Shown: one piece after another, positions 18,790-29,210 of the stretch | Numbering within the stretch: position 1 is the stretch's first letter | How the letters are laid out: every line of letters begins with the position of its first letter | Virus record (IMG/VR): IMGVR_UViG_3300042518_000937 | DNA: 64,000 nucleotides | From: an uncultured virus (IMG/VR IMGVR_UViG_3300042518_000937) | Lineage: Duplodnaviria; Heunggongvirae; Uroviricota; Caudoviricetes | Strand: one strand, 5' to 3' | Translations under genes and position numbers: made by a program | The notes under the pieces: model-generated | The model's input: only the letters and a program-made list of their open reading frames with translations | Databases searched by the model: none | What the model was told of the DNA's origin: nothing

Positions 18790-19473
18790 CTACGAGCGAC
18801 GCACCCGCTCGGAGGCCCAGCGCAGAACGGGATCGTTCAAGAACGCATCCATTAGAGGGGTCTTGGAAACCACCGGCTCTTCCGCGGGGGCCTCGCTCCG
18901 CATCGCCAGAACCTTCGCCCCCTCGTAGGCAGGCTGACCGACGAACGCCAGATGATCCAGAAACGCCCGGTTGACCCGACGGGTCTTGGTGTACTGATCC
19001 AGTTCCTGATCGAACTTCGGATTCTTGATCATGAACCCGATGCTGGGGAACAGCGCCTCGTCGCTAGCGAGTTCCAGAGTCTCGTCACCGACAGCGGTGC
19101 GGCTGATCTTCACTTCGCTGATCAGACCGGCATCCCGGTAGGGGTCCGACGAAAGCACCCGGCCAACCAGCCGCGCACCGACATGATCCGGCGCGGGGAT
19201 GCTCAACGAAGTGGTCGCAGGAATCTTGCGAGTCTGGCTCTCGATGCCGTTAAAGGCACTCCGCGAGAACACTTCCGTCCACATCTCCTGACGGAAAGGA
19301 ACCGGCGTGGGAGATTCGTATGGAACGGCGAGTACGGTGATGATCCGCTGGGCGAAATCCACGTTGTCGATCTGAACGCCGGCTGAGCGGGTTTCCACAT
19401 GCGAAGGCACGGCGATGCGATCCTTGCCCATCTCTTCATCTTCCGACACTTTGAAGGCCACCTCCCGCGTCAC
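18790..19473 (-). CDS. Capsid maturation protease (HK97-type)
   Basis: EVFSRSAF, DH, SIGF and LAFVGQPAYEGAKV motifs; start could be ATG 19431. Confidence 0.8.
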   Translation of the reverse strand: MTREVAFKVSEDEEMGKDRIAVPSHVETRSAGVQIDNVDFAQRIITVLAVPYESPTPVPFRQEMWTEVFSRSAFNGIESQTRKIPATTSLSIPAPDHVGARLVGRVLSSDPYRDAGLISEVKISRTAVGDETLELASDEALFPSIGFMIKNPKFDQELDQYTKTRRVNRAFLDHLAFVGQPAYEGAKVLAMRSEAPAEEPVVSKTPLMDAFLNDPVLRWASERVRRS

Positions 19474-19561
19474 CTATGACTCAGGGGAAAGGCTACCGCA
19501 ATCGTTCATCTTTGAGATGCATGTCGTGCAGTTTGGACATCGCGGCCTTGATTAGCAGCAC

Positions 19562-20218
19562 TCACAGCAGGGGCAAGGACAGTAGCCGAATCAGTGAAAA
19601 CGCCATCAGCGCCACCGCAACGGAAGTCAACGTCGCCTGCGCGACAGGGTGGGTGAACTTCAACGCCACCGACGCGAAGAACAACACCAACGCCATGATG
19701 ACGGCCTGCAATGTGTACGCCGACCCGATCCCGCCAGCCCTGGCGGCGTCGGCAAGATCCTGCTCGGCGGCGGCCGAGAAGTCTTCAGCTTTCACCTGCC
19801 CCGGCGGCAGATAAACGTCCAGCGCCAACGGCGTGCCCTTCGGGAGCGTCCCGTTGATCGGCTGACCCTCATCGTCGAGCGCCTGAGCGCCGAACCAGGC
19901 GTCCTGCGCCACATCAAGGGCCGGGGAAAACCTTTCCCGCAACCACAGCGCCAAGTCGTCCCGCCCAAGGTTCACCGACTTCTGCCACTCAAGCCAAACC
20001 GACGCATCCACCACCGACTGTGTCACCGCGTCCGCGGCCGACCTCCCGGCATCAGCACGCTTCAGGCTTGAAGTGGCGCGCTCATCGGCAGCGACGCCAT
20101 CCCACTGCGAACCCTCGTAGCTCGCCCAGGCGGTCAGCACGGCGGCTGCGGCCATGACCAGCGCCAACGCCAAATCGTTGACAGTGGCCCACGACCACCT
20201 GTTCAGCAGATTCCTCAC
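19562..20218 (-). CDS. Integral membrane protein of unknown function
   Basis: One N-terminal and two C-terminal hydrophobic helices; between portal and protease. Confidence 0.65.
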   Translation of the reverse strand: MRNLLNRWSWATVNDLALALVMAAAAVLTAWASYEGSQWDGVAADERATSSLKRADAGRSAADAVTQSVVDASVWLEWQKSVNLGRDDLALWLRERFSPALDVAQDAWFGAQALDDEGQPINGTLPKGTPLALDVYLPPGQVKAEDFSAAAEQDLADAARAGGIGSAYTLQAVIMALVLFFASVALKFTHPVAQATLTSVAVALMAFSLIRLLSLPLL

Positions 20219-20221
20219 CGG

Positions 20222-21466
20222 CTAGTCCATCCCGCCGGTAAGCCTCGACGCCACCGCCTCCGCGGGCTCCTGGCTCAGACGTTCCATCGCACGCGCCTCT
20301 TCCGGTGTCATCACGCCGACCTCGATCAACGTCTTGTAGGCGTTGGCGCGGTCAACAAGACTGGGCCTGGTGTAGTCATCGCGGTTCATTTCGATCGACT
20401 GCGGCCCCGGCAGCGCCCACCCGCTCAACGCACCCATCACGGCGTTGGCTTTCGGGCGCAAGCTGGAACGGTCGTGGAACCCGAACAGCTGCTCGATGTT
20501 GGAGTAGGTCAGTGAGCCGGTCGCACCGGGAAGGCCGACGAGGAACGGCGGAACGCCCAGCAGGATCGCCATTCGCGCCTCTGCGAACTGCGTCATCTCC
20601 AGCAGGCTGATCTCGCTGGCATTCATCTGCCTGGCCTGGTGAAGCTCTGCGCCGTTGGACACCAACGCCGGATGGCCGGTGTAGCGGGTGCGTGACTCGA
20701 TCCACCGATCCATCAAGTCGGTCGCCTCGGACTGGCTGATCTTACGGTCGATGCTCAACCAGTACAGAGGGATGCCGCCCGTCTCGGCCAGATTCTGTGT
20801 GTACCGCTGCAACAAGCCGATGGTGACGGCACGGTCGGCGGCAGACTCCAGCGGGCCGTGGCCGCGGGGGTCGTCAATCGTCGTCTGATAGCGGATATGC
20901 AAGATGTCCTTGGTGACATCCATCGCGCCCAGCCGGTACTCGCGGGTGCCCCCATTCATCTCCACGTCGATCAGCCACGGAGGGATGACGCGGAACCGGA
21001 CCGGGTAACCGTCCGAATCGTGCGCCATCGCCAGCACAAACGCCTCGCCCAGGTGGTAATCCCAGAACAGCTGCTTGGCGAACTCCTGCCAGGAGGAATA
21101 GATCGTCGGGTCGGGATTGGACATCCACGGCAACGACTTGATGACGCTGCCGCTGCGGAGCCGGTAGATCGGCATGGAACTCAGCACCGACGAGTTGAGG
21201 TCGATACACGCCCACGCCACGTCAACCAGATTCTTGACCTGATGACCCGACTCCCAGTTCGGGGTTGCCCAGCTTTCGGGATACCCCGACCACGGAGAAG
21301 GCTTAGGCCACGGAAGGGCGGCACGCCCTTCGGGCAGGTCGGTGAGCGAAGTAATGTCCACCATGTCGGGATCGCCAGGGTTGTACGCAGGATTGCCATT
21401 GCTGTTGGGCACCATGCCGCTGGCGGTTTCGCCTTTGATCCAACTCCAGAATCCGATCGGACTCAC
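20222..21466 (-). CDS. Portal protein (HK97 family)
   Basis: ILHIRY, GHGPLE, GVPPFLVG, TYSNIEQ, GVMTPEEARAME motifs. Confidence 0.9.
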   Translation of the reverse strand: MSPIGFWSWIKGETASGMVPNSNGNPAYNPGDPDMVDITSLTDLPEGRAALPWPKPSPWSGYPESWATPNWESGHQVKNLVDVAWACIDLNSSVLSSMPIYRLRSGSVIKSLPWMSNPDPTIYSSWQEFAKQLFWDYHLGEAFVLAMAHDSDGYPVRFRVIPPWLIDVEMNGGTREYRLGAMDVTKDILHIRYQTTIDDPRGHGPLESAADRAVTIGLLQRYTQNLAETGGIPLYWLSIDRKISQSEATDLMDRWIESRTRYTGHPALVSNGAELHQARQMNASEISLLEMTQFAEARMAILLGVPPFLVGLPGATGSLTYSNIEQLFGFHDRSSLRPKANAVMGALSGWALPGPQSIEMNRDDYTRPSLVDRANAYKTLIEVGVMTPEEARAMERLSQEPAEAVASRLTGGMD

Positions 21467-21512
21467 CTCCTACGGTTGGGCTTATTCTAGGGTGTTGCGA
21501 TCTGCAACGCCC

Positions 21513-23036
21513 TCATAACAGCACCGGCATCGGCGCGGCAACCATTCCGTAGCGGTACAGCGCGCACGAACACGCCACGGCTGGGGACACATCGACGCTG
21601 TAACTGCGCCGATCGAACACTTCAGATTCCCCAGACACGATGAACCGCGTCTTGGTCATCGCCATCGCAGTGTTCAGTTCCTCCTGGTCGAGATGGCAGA
21701 TCGTCGCATTCTTGATCGCCTCCTGCATAGTCGAATAGGAGGCGGCCATGTCAGTCTGAGACAGCCGCTTGTATTCGATGTTGGCCTCGACCAGCGCAGG
21801 CTCAAGGGAGCGCGCAGCCCCGCCGGTGATCGCCACTTCCACAATCGTCCGGTTGTCGATCAACTTCTGCACCTGGGGAATGGCGTCGCGGGCCTTGACC
21901 TCGGTGGCCATCAGCAGAACCCGCGACCCGTTGTCGGTGTCAACCTCACCGGCCACCCCGATCCAGCAGTGCCGGCGATCAGGACTCATGTCGATGACCA
22001 CCGCCGCACTCGACGGGGTATCTGCGCCACGATCAGCAAGGTCGCTCCACGCCGCCAAGTCGAACGCACTCGCCTCTTCGGAATCCCAGATGCCCAACGC
22101 CTCACGCTGAAAGCCGCTGTCATCGAGGCGGCGGCGCAACCGCTGGATGGACACCACCGGGGTCCGGTGCGGGCACGACGGGTTGGCTTTCATCCACTGA
22201 TCGGTGTCGTCAATCTCGGCGCCCTCGTCAGCGCCGCACTCCACCCATGCAAGGTCAGTGGCCTCACCGGACCAAGCCTCGCGACGCATCACGGAGAACA
22301 TCTCAGAGTTGTCCGACGGCTTCGGCGGCGTACCCACATAGGTGTGCAAACCTAAGCGTGACGTGTTCAGCGTGGCGAGCATGTCCTGCATGGCGCGCTG
22401 CGAAAGGATCTGCGCTTCGTCCGACATCAGCATGTCCACGCCGGGGATGCCTCGACCAAACCCCCGTTCACGCGCGCCGAACAGAATGCGCGAACCGTTG
22501 ACGAACTCGACTGCCTCGTCGCCGGAACCCAGGATCACCTTCTTGATGAACGGCTTGACCTTCTCCCGCTTACAGAAGGCCTGCACCGCCTGAAACGACT
22601 CGCTGTTCGTCTTCACATGATGGGACGTCCAGATACCCAGCAGGCCGGGGAACTCCACCGCCATCCCGAACATCACCGCAGTCAACGTGAAGGTCTTGCC
22701 GACCTGGCGGGGCAGACTCATGCCGAACCCGCCGACGGTATGTGCGATCACGCCGTCCTCACGGTGGGCTAGCAGCAGACCGGCGATACCGTCCTGCCAG
22801 CGATCCAGTGAAATACCCAGCCGTTCGTCGCAGGTTGAGCGGACGGCGGGCCAGTACGACCCGGTGATCCCCGCTGGAATGACCAGCTTCCTGGCAACCT
22901 CAGACAGCTTCCGGTCGGCGCGGTTCTCGTCGGCACGATCCTCAGAGGTCTTCGGCGGGGTCCCACTTCTCGCGGGACGCTTTGCCGATGCCAACAGACT
23001 CACCGCCTTCCTTCTTCTGACGCTCTTCCAGGTCAC
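21513..23036 (-). CDS. terL: Terminase large subunit (start uncertain, possibly 23003 or 22994)
   Basis: Walker A PRQVGKT, Walker B LMSDEAQ, GTPP coupling motif, ANPS, RNase H-like IDMSPD. Confidence 0.9.
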   Translation of the reverse strand: MTWKSVRRRKAVSLLASAKRPARSGTPPKTSEDRADENRADRKLSEVARKLVIPAGITGSYWPAVRSTCDERLGISLDRWQDGIAGLLLAHREDGVIAHTVGGFGMSLPRQVGKTFTLTAVMFGMAVEFPGLLGIWTSHHVKTNSESFQAVQAFCKREKVKPFIKKVILGSGDEAVEFVNGSRILFGARERGFGRGIPGVDMLMSDEAQILSQRAMQDMLATLNTSRLGLHTYVGTPPKPSDNSEMFSVMRREAWSGEATDLAWVECGADEGAEIDDTDQWMKANPSCPHRTPVVSIQRLRRRLDDSGFQREALGIWDSEEASAFDLAAWSDLADRGADTPSSAAVVIDMSPDRRHCWIGVAGEVDTDNGSRVLLMATEVKARDAIPQVQKLIDNRTIVEVAITGGAARSLEPALVEANIEYKRLSQTDMAASYSTMQEAIKNATICHLDQEELNTAMAMTKTRFIVSGESEVFDRRSYSVDVSPAVACSCALYRYGMVAAPMPVLL

Positions 23037-23199
23037 GGATTTCCTTCACCGTGTCCTGCAGACGCCTGGTCAGCGGAGACAGATCGCGCATCGGGCAGTC
23101 TTCGATGGCCTCAGCCAGCCGATCCCGAATGGCGTACAGCAGCTTCAGTTCATCGCCACTGGCAGCGGCAGCCGACACGCTCATCATCAACCCTTTCAA
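22942..23199 (-). CDS. terS: Terminase small subunit
   Basis: Small helical ORF between HNH and terL; RDRLAEAI...RDLSPLTRRL. Confidence 0.6.
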   Translation of the reverse strand: MKGLMMSVSAAAASGDELKLLYAIRDRLAEAIEDCPMRDLSPLTRRLQDTVKEIRDLEERQKKEGGESVGIGKASREKWDPAEDL

Positions 23200-23513
23200 C
23201 TGAAGAACCCCAGCGCAGCTGGTGGGGCCAGCGCAGGCTTACGCAATAACTTGTCCTCAGCACGAACCTCCGACAGCGGCCGGTTCTTCCGGCGCAGGTT
23301 GCACGGCTGACAACTGCCGCGCAGGTTGCCCCGCATGTACTTGAGGTCGGGGCGGTGACTGACCGGAATAATGTGGTCGGCGGTAGTGGACCACCGGGTG
23401 CAGCACGACAGCCGCAGCCGACACACCGGCTCTTCCTTGATGACCTGGAGGCGCAGCTTCTGCCAGCGGTAGCTGGTGAGTTGGCCGCGGCGGTAGGGCT
23501 GCCTGCGTTTCAC
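23196..23513 (-). CDS. HNH endonuclease (packaging-associated)
   Basis: ADHIIP...NLRGSCQPCNLRR; directly upstream of terminases. Confidence 0.85.
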   Translation of the reverse strand: MKRRQPYRRGQLTSYRWQKLRLQVIKEEPVCRLRLSCCTRWSTTADHIIPVSHRPDLKYMRGNLRGSCQPCNLRRKNRPLSEVRAEDKLLRKPALAPPAALGFFS

Positions 23514-23692
23514 GATCCCACCTCCCTTGCCTTCATTCGCCGGGCGGCGTTTTCGCTGGCCTCCACCTTCTTTGCCTCATCGAGAACAAACGAGTAGTGG
23601 AAGTCGCACAACGCAACCAGCCCACTCTCGGTTTCTGCCGTTTTGGTGACGTCACTCGACCCGCACACGGCGCACGTCAAGCGGCTCATCAA
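23510..23692 (-). CDS. Small zinc-finger-like protein
   Basis: CAVC...CDFH; overlaps neighbours by 4 nt. Confidence 0.5.
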   Translation of the reverse strand: MMSRLTCAVCGSSDVTKTAETESGLVALCDFHYSFVLDEAKKVEASENAARRMKAREVGS

Positions 23693-23931
23693 TTGAGATC
23701 CCGCACTTGAATCGACCAGGACGATTCCCCGGTGGTCGCGTCGATGCTGACACTTCCGCCCGTCAACGCCGCGTCGGCCATGACAATCATGATGGCCTTA
23801 AGCCACGGCTCCGGCTTGGCATCTTTGTTGAGCATGTCCTTGAAGTAGTCAGGCGGGGTGAACTTCCACTCGTCAAGGTAGTCGTCGAAGACGATGTACC
23901 CATCGACAATCACACGAACGCGAGCGTTCAA
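23689..23931 (-). CDS. Hypothetical protein
   Basis: TTG 23931 overlaps upstream stop; AAAGGA RBS. Confidence 0.55.
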   Translation of the reverse strand: MNARVRVIVDGYIVFDDYLDEWKFTPPDYFKDMLNKDAKPEPWLKAIMIVMADAALTGGSVSIDATTGESSWSIQVRDLN

Positions 23932-24359
23932 CGCGCAATCCTTTCGTGCGGACATTCGGGGGAAAGCGCAGCAAGATTCCCGATCAGCTGCCCTCCGTCG
24001 ATAATGATCGCCGGTGCGTCGGTAACGGTGAGGATCGCCAGCGGACGAGAACGATTCACGTCGCACCGGCAGTGAATGGGAACGACCCGACGGGCGGAAT
24101 CGGCGCTGTTCGCCTCTTCCCGCAGCTGGGCAATGTCGTTCTTGGCGATCATCTCAACCCCGCCCTCGGTTTCGATGAGACCGGCAATAGCCTCTCCCAG
24201 AAGGGTAGCCGTTTCGTCGGCAAGCTCAGCCATCTCTTTCGGCATCCCCGCCGTTCGGAACTGCGGCAGCAGAATCCTGGCGGCGTCGGGCTGACCCGGC
24301 CGCGAGAGTCCTTCGCGTAAGCCTTTTGCGATTAACCCGGCGATTCTTTTGTCGGCCAC
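23928..24359 (-). CDS. Hypothetical protein, first gene of the packaging/virion operon
   Basis: 143-aa ORF starting 7 nt after a TAATTT -10 element. Confidence 0.6.
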   Translation of the reverse strand: MADKRIAGLIAKGLREGLSRPGQPDAARILLPQFRTAGMPKEMAELADETATLLGEAIAGLIETEGGVEMIAKNDIAQLREEANSADSARRVVPIHCRCDVNRSRPLAILTVTDAPAIIIDGGQLIGNLAALSPECPHERIAR

Positions 24360-24366
24360 GGCATCA

Positions 24367-24396
24367 AAATTAGCGGCATGGCGATCAAGATGTCAA
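24367..24396 (-). promoter_or_regulatory. SigA-like promoter for the virion operon (leaderless)
   Basis: Minus strand TTGACA-18 nt-TAATTT, then GTG 7 nt later. Confidence 0.55.
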
Positions 24397-24422
24397 AGGT
24401 CATAACTGTTTATGATGCCGGT

Positions 24423-24695
24423 ATGGCGAGTAATAGATGGGACGGTGCCAAGTGTTGCGAAGCGCAACACCTACCGTGGACAGCCGACCACGCACCGACG
24501 AAGCAGGCGTTCACCGAGATGTCCGCAATCTGTGCCGAATGCCCACTGCTGCTGTCATGCGCCCGGTACGCACTAACCGAAGCGGCCGGCGGCTTTTATG
24601 CCGGGGTGTGGCTGCCCTGGAAGACGCAACGCGAAGCCGTACACAGGCGCGCCGCCCGTGTACGGCTCCGGTCGAAAGCCCTGGTTAAGGCCTAG
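24423..24695 (+). CDS. whiB: WhiB-family transcription factor
   Basis: W..AKC...ICAECPLLLSCARYAL...GFYAG pattern; TATGAT 6 nt before ATG 24423. Confidence 0.8.
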   Translation: MASNRWDGAKCCEAQHLPWTADHAPTKQAFTEMSAICAECPLLLSCARYALTEAAGGFYAGVWLPWKTQREAVHRRAARVRLRSKALVKA

Positions 24696-27012
24696 TCCAG
24701 ATTTTCGTTTTCTCGTCCATGACGAGAACGCCCTGGCTGGTGGCGTAGTCCAACGCGCCCTTCACCAGCGAACGATCCCGGGAGTGGATCGAACTGACAA
24801 GCTCGCCGTTCGTGACGCCGCCCGGCCCGGCCTTGTCAACCCTGCGGAGAAGGTTCCGCAGCACCCGGTCGGCGGCAGTCATCTGCTCAGCGACCTTGCT
24901 GCGCTCCGCAGCGGCATACTCCGCGCCTTTCAGCACACCGCGGTCCCTGAACTCGTTCAGCCTTGACTCCTGATAAGCCTCCGACACCCGGCCCAACGTC
25001 CAGTCCGACACCGCGCCCACGATCTTCGCCAGCCGCCAATCCTCGGAGTCAATCTCAAGACGCCCATCCATGTATGCCAGCGCGAACGCCACCTTCTCCT
25101 GCGCATACAGGGCGTGACCCCGCACGCCGTCGACCTCGTTTCGCATGAACGCTGCACGCGCCTCACGAATCTCCGACTCCAACTCCGGCGGCACCGTGAC
25201 CGCACCGGCGGCGTTGGACATCTCCCACTGACGCGGAAGCAAACCGTTGAGCGTGCGGTCCATACCCAGGCCGTCCACCGGATACGGCGTCACCTCGGCA
25301 GTCACCCGGCGGTCCATGCCAGGAAACCACATCAGCCGCTGCAGCGTGCCGCCGCCGCCATCCTCGAGCAGCGCGCCAGCGCGCGAAGGTTGCGCCCCGA
25401 CCAGCAGCGTCATCCGATAGGTGTGCGCCTCCACCGGGGCGCTGGACCGGCCCCGGTAGGTGAAGCCCAGCCGCTCACCGGAGAATCCGTTGCGGAGAAC
25501 AATCGAAGTGGTCTGACCAGACCTGTCGGCCATCGCTCCCAGCGCGTCGATCTCAGGAACGTCGAACATCAGCGACGTGACATACGCATCCGGGTCATCG
25601 CCCTTGCGGTTGTAGCACTCGACCATCCCCTCGCCCGAACCGATGGGCCGAACATCGACATTGCCGGTCACCAACGCCGAAGCCGCCGACATCGCGGTGC
25701 CCTTGCCGCCGCCCGACTGAGCGACCACCACGCCGAACCAGTTGAGCGACCCACGGCTGCCGATGATGGGCGGCAAAGTAACCGTCGGCGGAACCAACGC
25801 GAGAACACGGGCGACGCACGCGGCGAACACCGCCCACGGCGCACCCATGCGGGCCAGCGCAGCCTGGTAGATGATCTGGTGGGACTCCCGCGCCGACCAA
25901 AAGTCCTGCTCAATGACCTCAAGCTCACCGACCGGGCCAGGGCGCGGGGCATCGGTATCATCTGACTCGGAGGCGGTGACCTCCGCGCTATCAGCCCGTT
26001 CATCAGCGTTGGCAAATTGGGCGTTGGGGTCACCGCCGCCCGACTCCAACATCTGACGGAACCAGTCCAGAATCCCCGGCTGGGAAAGCTCCCTCGCCAC
26101 ATTGCCGTTGCTGACCATCCGGTTGAACTCCGAGAACGCCACGTCGCGTGGCCGGGTATCGCCACGCGACGGATCGGCCAGCACGGCGATGAACACTTCC
26201 CGCAGCAGCGACAGCGCCGACTCCACACCCGGCTGGCCCTCCGCGCCCAAGCGCAGAATCGCCATGACGTGACGCAGGCAGGTGTCATGCCGGGACATCC
26301 CCGGCAGGTTCATCTCCTTGATCGCCTCAGCGAGTCGTGCCTGCACCAGCGGCGACGGCTCCCCGGCGGTCAACGCCTGGCGGGTGTCGAACTCAGCGGA
26401 GATGTCGAGTGACTTCGGGGTGAGCTTCAGCCCGTTGATCCACGGCTCGGGCAGCCACGGAATGTCATCCAGGGCAGGCACACCAAGAAGCTGGCCCTGC
26501 GAGTTGCGCCACCAGTAGTCGCGACCCTCGGGGTGCAGCGACGGCCAGCACACCACATAGCGGTGATGCCGCTGAATGACCTCGATGTCGCCGATGGACA
26601 TCTCGGGGAACACGATGACTGTTTCAAGAAGAGTGTTCGGGGGTACACGGAACAAGCGCAACCCCGACACCAGATCGCCGTCACGACTGGAAGACTGAGG
26701 ACCATCAGGCAGAGGACCCCACCGCTTCACCGCCTCGGCGAACGCCGCTGCTCCGGTCTTGGCGCCGTAAGCATCGACGTCGATGCCGATCACACCATCC
26801 GGCAGCCGCAGGCACACGTTGCCGTCGGGATACAGTTCGGCCCACTGAAGGATGTCGGCGTAGGACGGCTCTGCGCCGTCGTAGCCGGTGAAGCCCCGCG
26901 GCGGCGGCCACTTGGAACCGCGCTTGAGCGGCAGAACACCTCGCCAGCCCTTCTCCCAGTACGTCTCGGCGGCGGCGGCGTAACCGATGTTCGCGGTGTC
27001 GGGCAGCATCAA
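24685..27012 (-). CDS. Bifunctional primase/polymerase fused to a helicase-like P-loop domain
   Basis: N-terminal GVIGIDVD and WPSLHPEGRDYWW prim-pol motifs; C-terminal AQSGGGKG Walker A. Confidence 0.85.
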   Translation of the reverse strand: MMLPDTANIGYAAAAETYWEKGWRGVLPLKRGSKWPPPRGFTGYDGAEPSYADILQWAELYPDGNVCLRLPDGVIGIDVDAYGAKTGAAAFAEAVKRWGPLPDGPQSSSRDGDLVSGLRLFRVPPNTLLETVIVFPEMSIGDIEVIQRHHRYVVCWPSLHPEGRDYWWRNSQGQLLGVPALDDIPWLPEPWINGLKLTPKSLDISAEFDTRQALTAGEPSPLVQARLAEAIKEMNLPGMSRHDTCLRHVMAILRLGAEGQPGVESALSLLREVFIAVLADPSRGDTRPRDVAFSEFNRMVSNGNVARELSQPGILDWFRQMLESGGGDPNAQFANADERADSAEVTASESDDTDAPRPGPVGELEVIEQDFWSARESHQIIYQAALARMGAPWAVFAACVARVLALVPPTVTLPPIIGSRGSLNWFGVVVAQSGGGKGTAMSAASALVTGNVDVRPIGSGEGMVECYNRKGDDPDAYVTSLMFDVPEIDALGAMADRSGQTTSIVLRNGFSGERLGFTYRGRSSAPVEAHTYRMTLLVGAQPSRAGALLEDGGGGTLQRLMWFPGMDRRVTAEVTPYPVDGLGMDRTLNGLLPRQWEMSNAAGAVTVPPELESEIREARAAFMRNEVDGVRGHALYAQEKVAFALAYMDGRLEIDSEDWRLAKIVGAVSDWTLGRVSEAYQESRLNEFRDRGVLKGAEYAAAERSKVAEQMTAADRVLRNLLRRVDKAGPGGVTNGELVSSIHSRDRSLVKGALDYATSQGVLVMDEKTKIWTRP

Positions 27013-27236
27013 CGATCCCTCTCGCTCTCTTCGCCGGCCTGGAAGGCCAGGGCGATCTCAGCGTCGAGGTCAGCATCGGAGATGATCGTGAACCCGGCGT
27101 CCTTGAGTGAACTGATGATGGCACTGGGCATCATCAGAGTCGGGTACATGACGTGGGCCTGCCGCAATCCGGCAAGAATGATGCTCTCAGGAGTCTGCTC
27201 CGCCGTCTTCCTCCGCCTTCGGAGTGCAATCTTCAC
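27009..27236 (-). CDS. Hypothetical protein
   Basis: Fills operon gap; stop overlaps primase start. Confidence 0.5.
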   Translation of the reverse strand: MKIALRRRRKTAEQTPESIILAGLRQAHVMYPTLMMPSAIISSLKDAGFTIISDADLDAEIALAFQAGEESERDR

Positions 27237-27543
27237 TATCCGCTCCCTTCCATGTCCAGGCCCTCGCTTTGTCCAGAGCCAGCTGTTGTGTGGTGGCGAC
27301 GCTGCGAATCAGCAGCATCACATGGACGGCATCCTCGGGATGCCGATTGATCCAGTCGATGACTCCGGTGTGAAGCCGTTCAATAGTTCCGACCATGCGG
27401 TCCATGACGACGCCCAAACCCTGAACCTTGTCGGCCGGGTAGGCGAACCACATCTGGCCGTCGTGGGTGAAAGTGGCGCACGCCCCGCGGGGCAGGCCGG
27501 TGCTGAAGGTGACCTTCTTCGTTTTCGTGACATCCAGAGCCAA
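27187..27543 (-). CDS. Hypothetical protein
   Basis: AAAGGGAG RBS; within replication operon. Confidence 0.5.
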   Translation of the reverse strand: MALDVTKTKKVTFSTGLPRGACATFTHDGQMWFAYPADKVQGLGVVMDRMVGTIERLHTGVIDWINRHPEDAVHVMLLIRSVATTQQLALDKARAWTWKGADSEDCTPKAEEDGGADS

Positions 27544-27627
27544 AGCTCAACTCCCTTTCGGCGGGGACGAAGGTGCCCAACCGGCAGCGACAGGGGCGCT
27601 GCCGGTTGGGCACCGGCCTGGGGCGAG

Positions 27628-28191
27628 CTAGAAGGGCGCTGCCGCTGAAGCCATCGTGGCCGAAACGGTTGCCTTCGTCGCGTCATCCATCGCCGCCCAG
27701 GCGACATCCGAGATTGCCGCCGGTTTCACCGGCGCCGGTCCTGCGGGCGCGGCGGGTGCGGCGGGTGCCGTTGCCGTCCCGAAGTGCTGCGCAACCCCGC
27801 TGGGCGGCGGCGCGTAGACAGCCTCGAAGTGCTTGGACGGGGACAGCCCCGGACGGTCAGCCGGTTCGGTCCTGACGAACGTCACCGTCAAGGTGCCGCC
27901 GACCTGCGGCTCCTTGGCACCGGCCCGACGCAGCGCATCACCGATCGCGCTCCGCATGTAGCTCTTGACGTACAAGGTGCGGGCACCGTCGTCGAACGAC
28001 GATTCGGGATCGCGCTCGGTCGTCTCCAGTTCGATGCGAACCTGCATCCGCTCGGTCGGCAGACCCGTCTTCGGGTCGTTCACCGGCTCGGGCGGGTGCA
28101 CGGCGGTGATGGTTCCGGTGATCGTTTTCGGGGGCTGGTCCGGCCAGGTGATGCCCTTGCCGCCGCCGAAGAATCCACCAAGAGTTGTCAT
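27628..28191 (-). CDS. Probable single-stranded DNA-binding (OB-fold) protein
   Basis: GTITAV...RIELET...DDGARTLYVK...GGTLTVTF pattern, Pro/Ala tail ending PF; between nuclease and primase. Confidence 0.55.
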   Translation of the reverse strand: MTTLGGFFGGGKGITWPDQPPKTITGTITAVHPPEPVNDPKTGLPTERMQVRIELETTERDPESSFDDGARTLYVKSYMRSAIGDALRRAGAKEPQVGGTLTVTFVRTEPADRPGLSPSKHFEAVYAPPPSGVAQHFGTATAPAAPAAPAGPAPVKPAAISDVAWAAMDDATKATVSATMASAAAPF

Positions 28192-28429
28192 TGAATCGAG
28201 ATTCCAATCTGTGAGTTGTGATTGTTGTGGTGGGCTGTGTTGCGAAGTGCAACACCTACTCACGGCTCTCGCCGCGAGAAGTTCATGGCCTGCTCGTAGC
28301 AGGTGTCGCACGCACTCAGCAGCGCAGCGCCGCTGGTCATGCCGGAGTTCAGGAGTTCACGGTTCATCTCAGCCTCGGTGGTGTCGGTGTGATAGGTCAG
28401 GCCGCAGACGGCGCACCGGAAGTGGCGGC

Positions 28430-29185
28430 TCACGATCCGTCGCCCTTGCATTGCAACGGACCCTTCGGGGTGGGCGAGTACCACGGGCAGTATTGGCAGT
28501 CCAACGTATCCACCGGGAACCACATGTAGCGATCTGGATTGTTTTCGATGTCAAAGTCATTCAGCAGACACAGCACCTGGACCCGCCGCTCCAACACCGC
28601 GTCGGCGACGGCCGGATCGTAGTCGGCACTCCAAACATGCAGGCTGTGCAGCGTCGCCCCGCGAGGCACGAACGCAATCGCAACCCGTTTCACCTGGTGG
28701 CCGGCATTCTCAAACCCGCGTGCATACAAATGCACCTGGGACTTGTACAGCGCGCCGGGATCTTTGCGGTACTTCCGCAGACGGGGAGTGCCGACCACCT
28801 TCCAGTCGATGACCGTGCCGGTGTCCAGATCGAACAGGTCGCACGACCCGGCCAGCCCCGGCGTGACCTCCACACGAGTCTCGGTCAGCCAGCGGGTGCG
28901 GCCCAGGACTTCGTTGGCGTGCTGGGCGGCACTGTCAAGCCATGAATGCACGGCGGTCCCGATGATCGACGGCAGCGGATCGAAGTCAGGGTTAGAACCC
29001 GGCTCGGCCATCGTGCCGTAGGCCATGCGCCTCATGCATGGATGGCTCACGTCGGAGGGGCCAAGCTCGACCTGGCGGTGGCGCGGAGTCGCGTCGTTGC
29101 GGTGACGGATCATCGACAGGAGGTCATCGCGCAGAGGGTCGCTGACGATCGGCTCGCTGTCGAAGAAGTCGGCGGTGTCGGTCAT
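28430..29185 (-). CDS. Cas4-like / PD-(D/E)XK exonuclease
   Basis: PSD...C, IGTAVH, GSCDLFD...VIDWK, QVHLY, C-terminal CQYCPW...C. Confidence 0.85.
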   Translation of the reverse strand: MTDTADFFDSEPIVSDPLRDDLLSMIRHRNDATPRHRQVELGPSDVSHPCMRRMAYGTMAEPGSNPDFDPLPSIIGTAVHSWLDSAAQHANEVLGRTRWLTETRVEVTPGLAGSCDLFDLDTGTVIDWKVVGTPRLRKYRKDPGALYKSQVHLYARGFENAGHQVKRVAIAFVPRGATLHSLHVWSADYDPAVADAVLERRVQVLCLLNDFDIENNPDRYMWFPVDTLDCQYCPWYSPTPKGPLQCKGDGS

Positions 29186-29210
29186 GCGTTCGCCGCCTGG
29201 CTCGCGCCGG

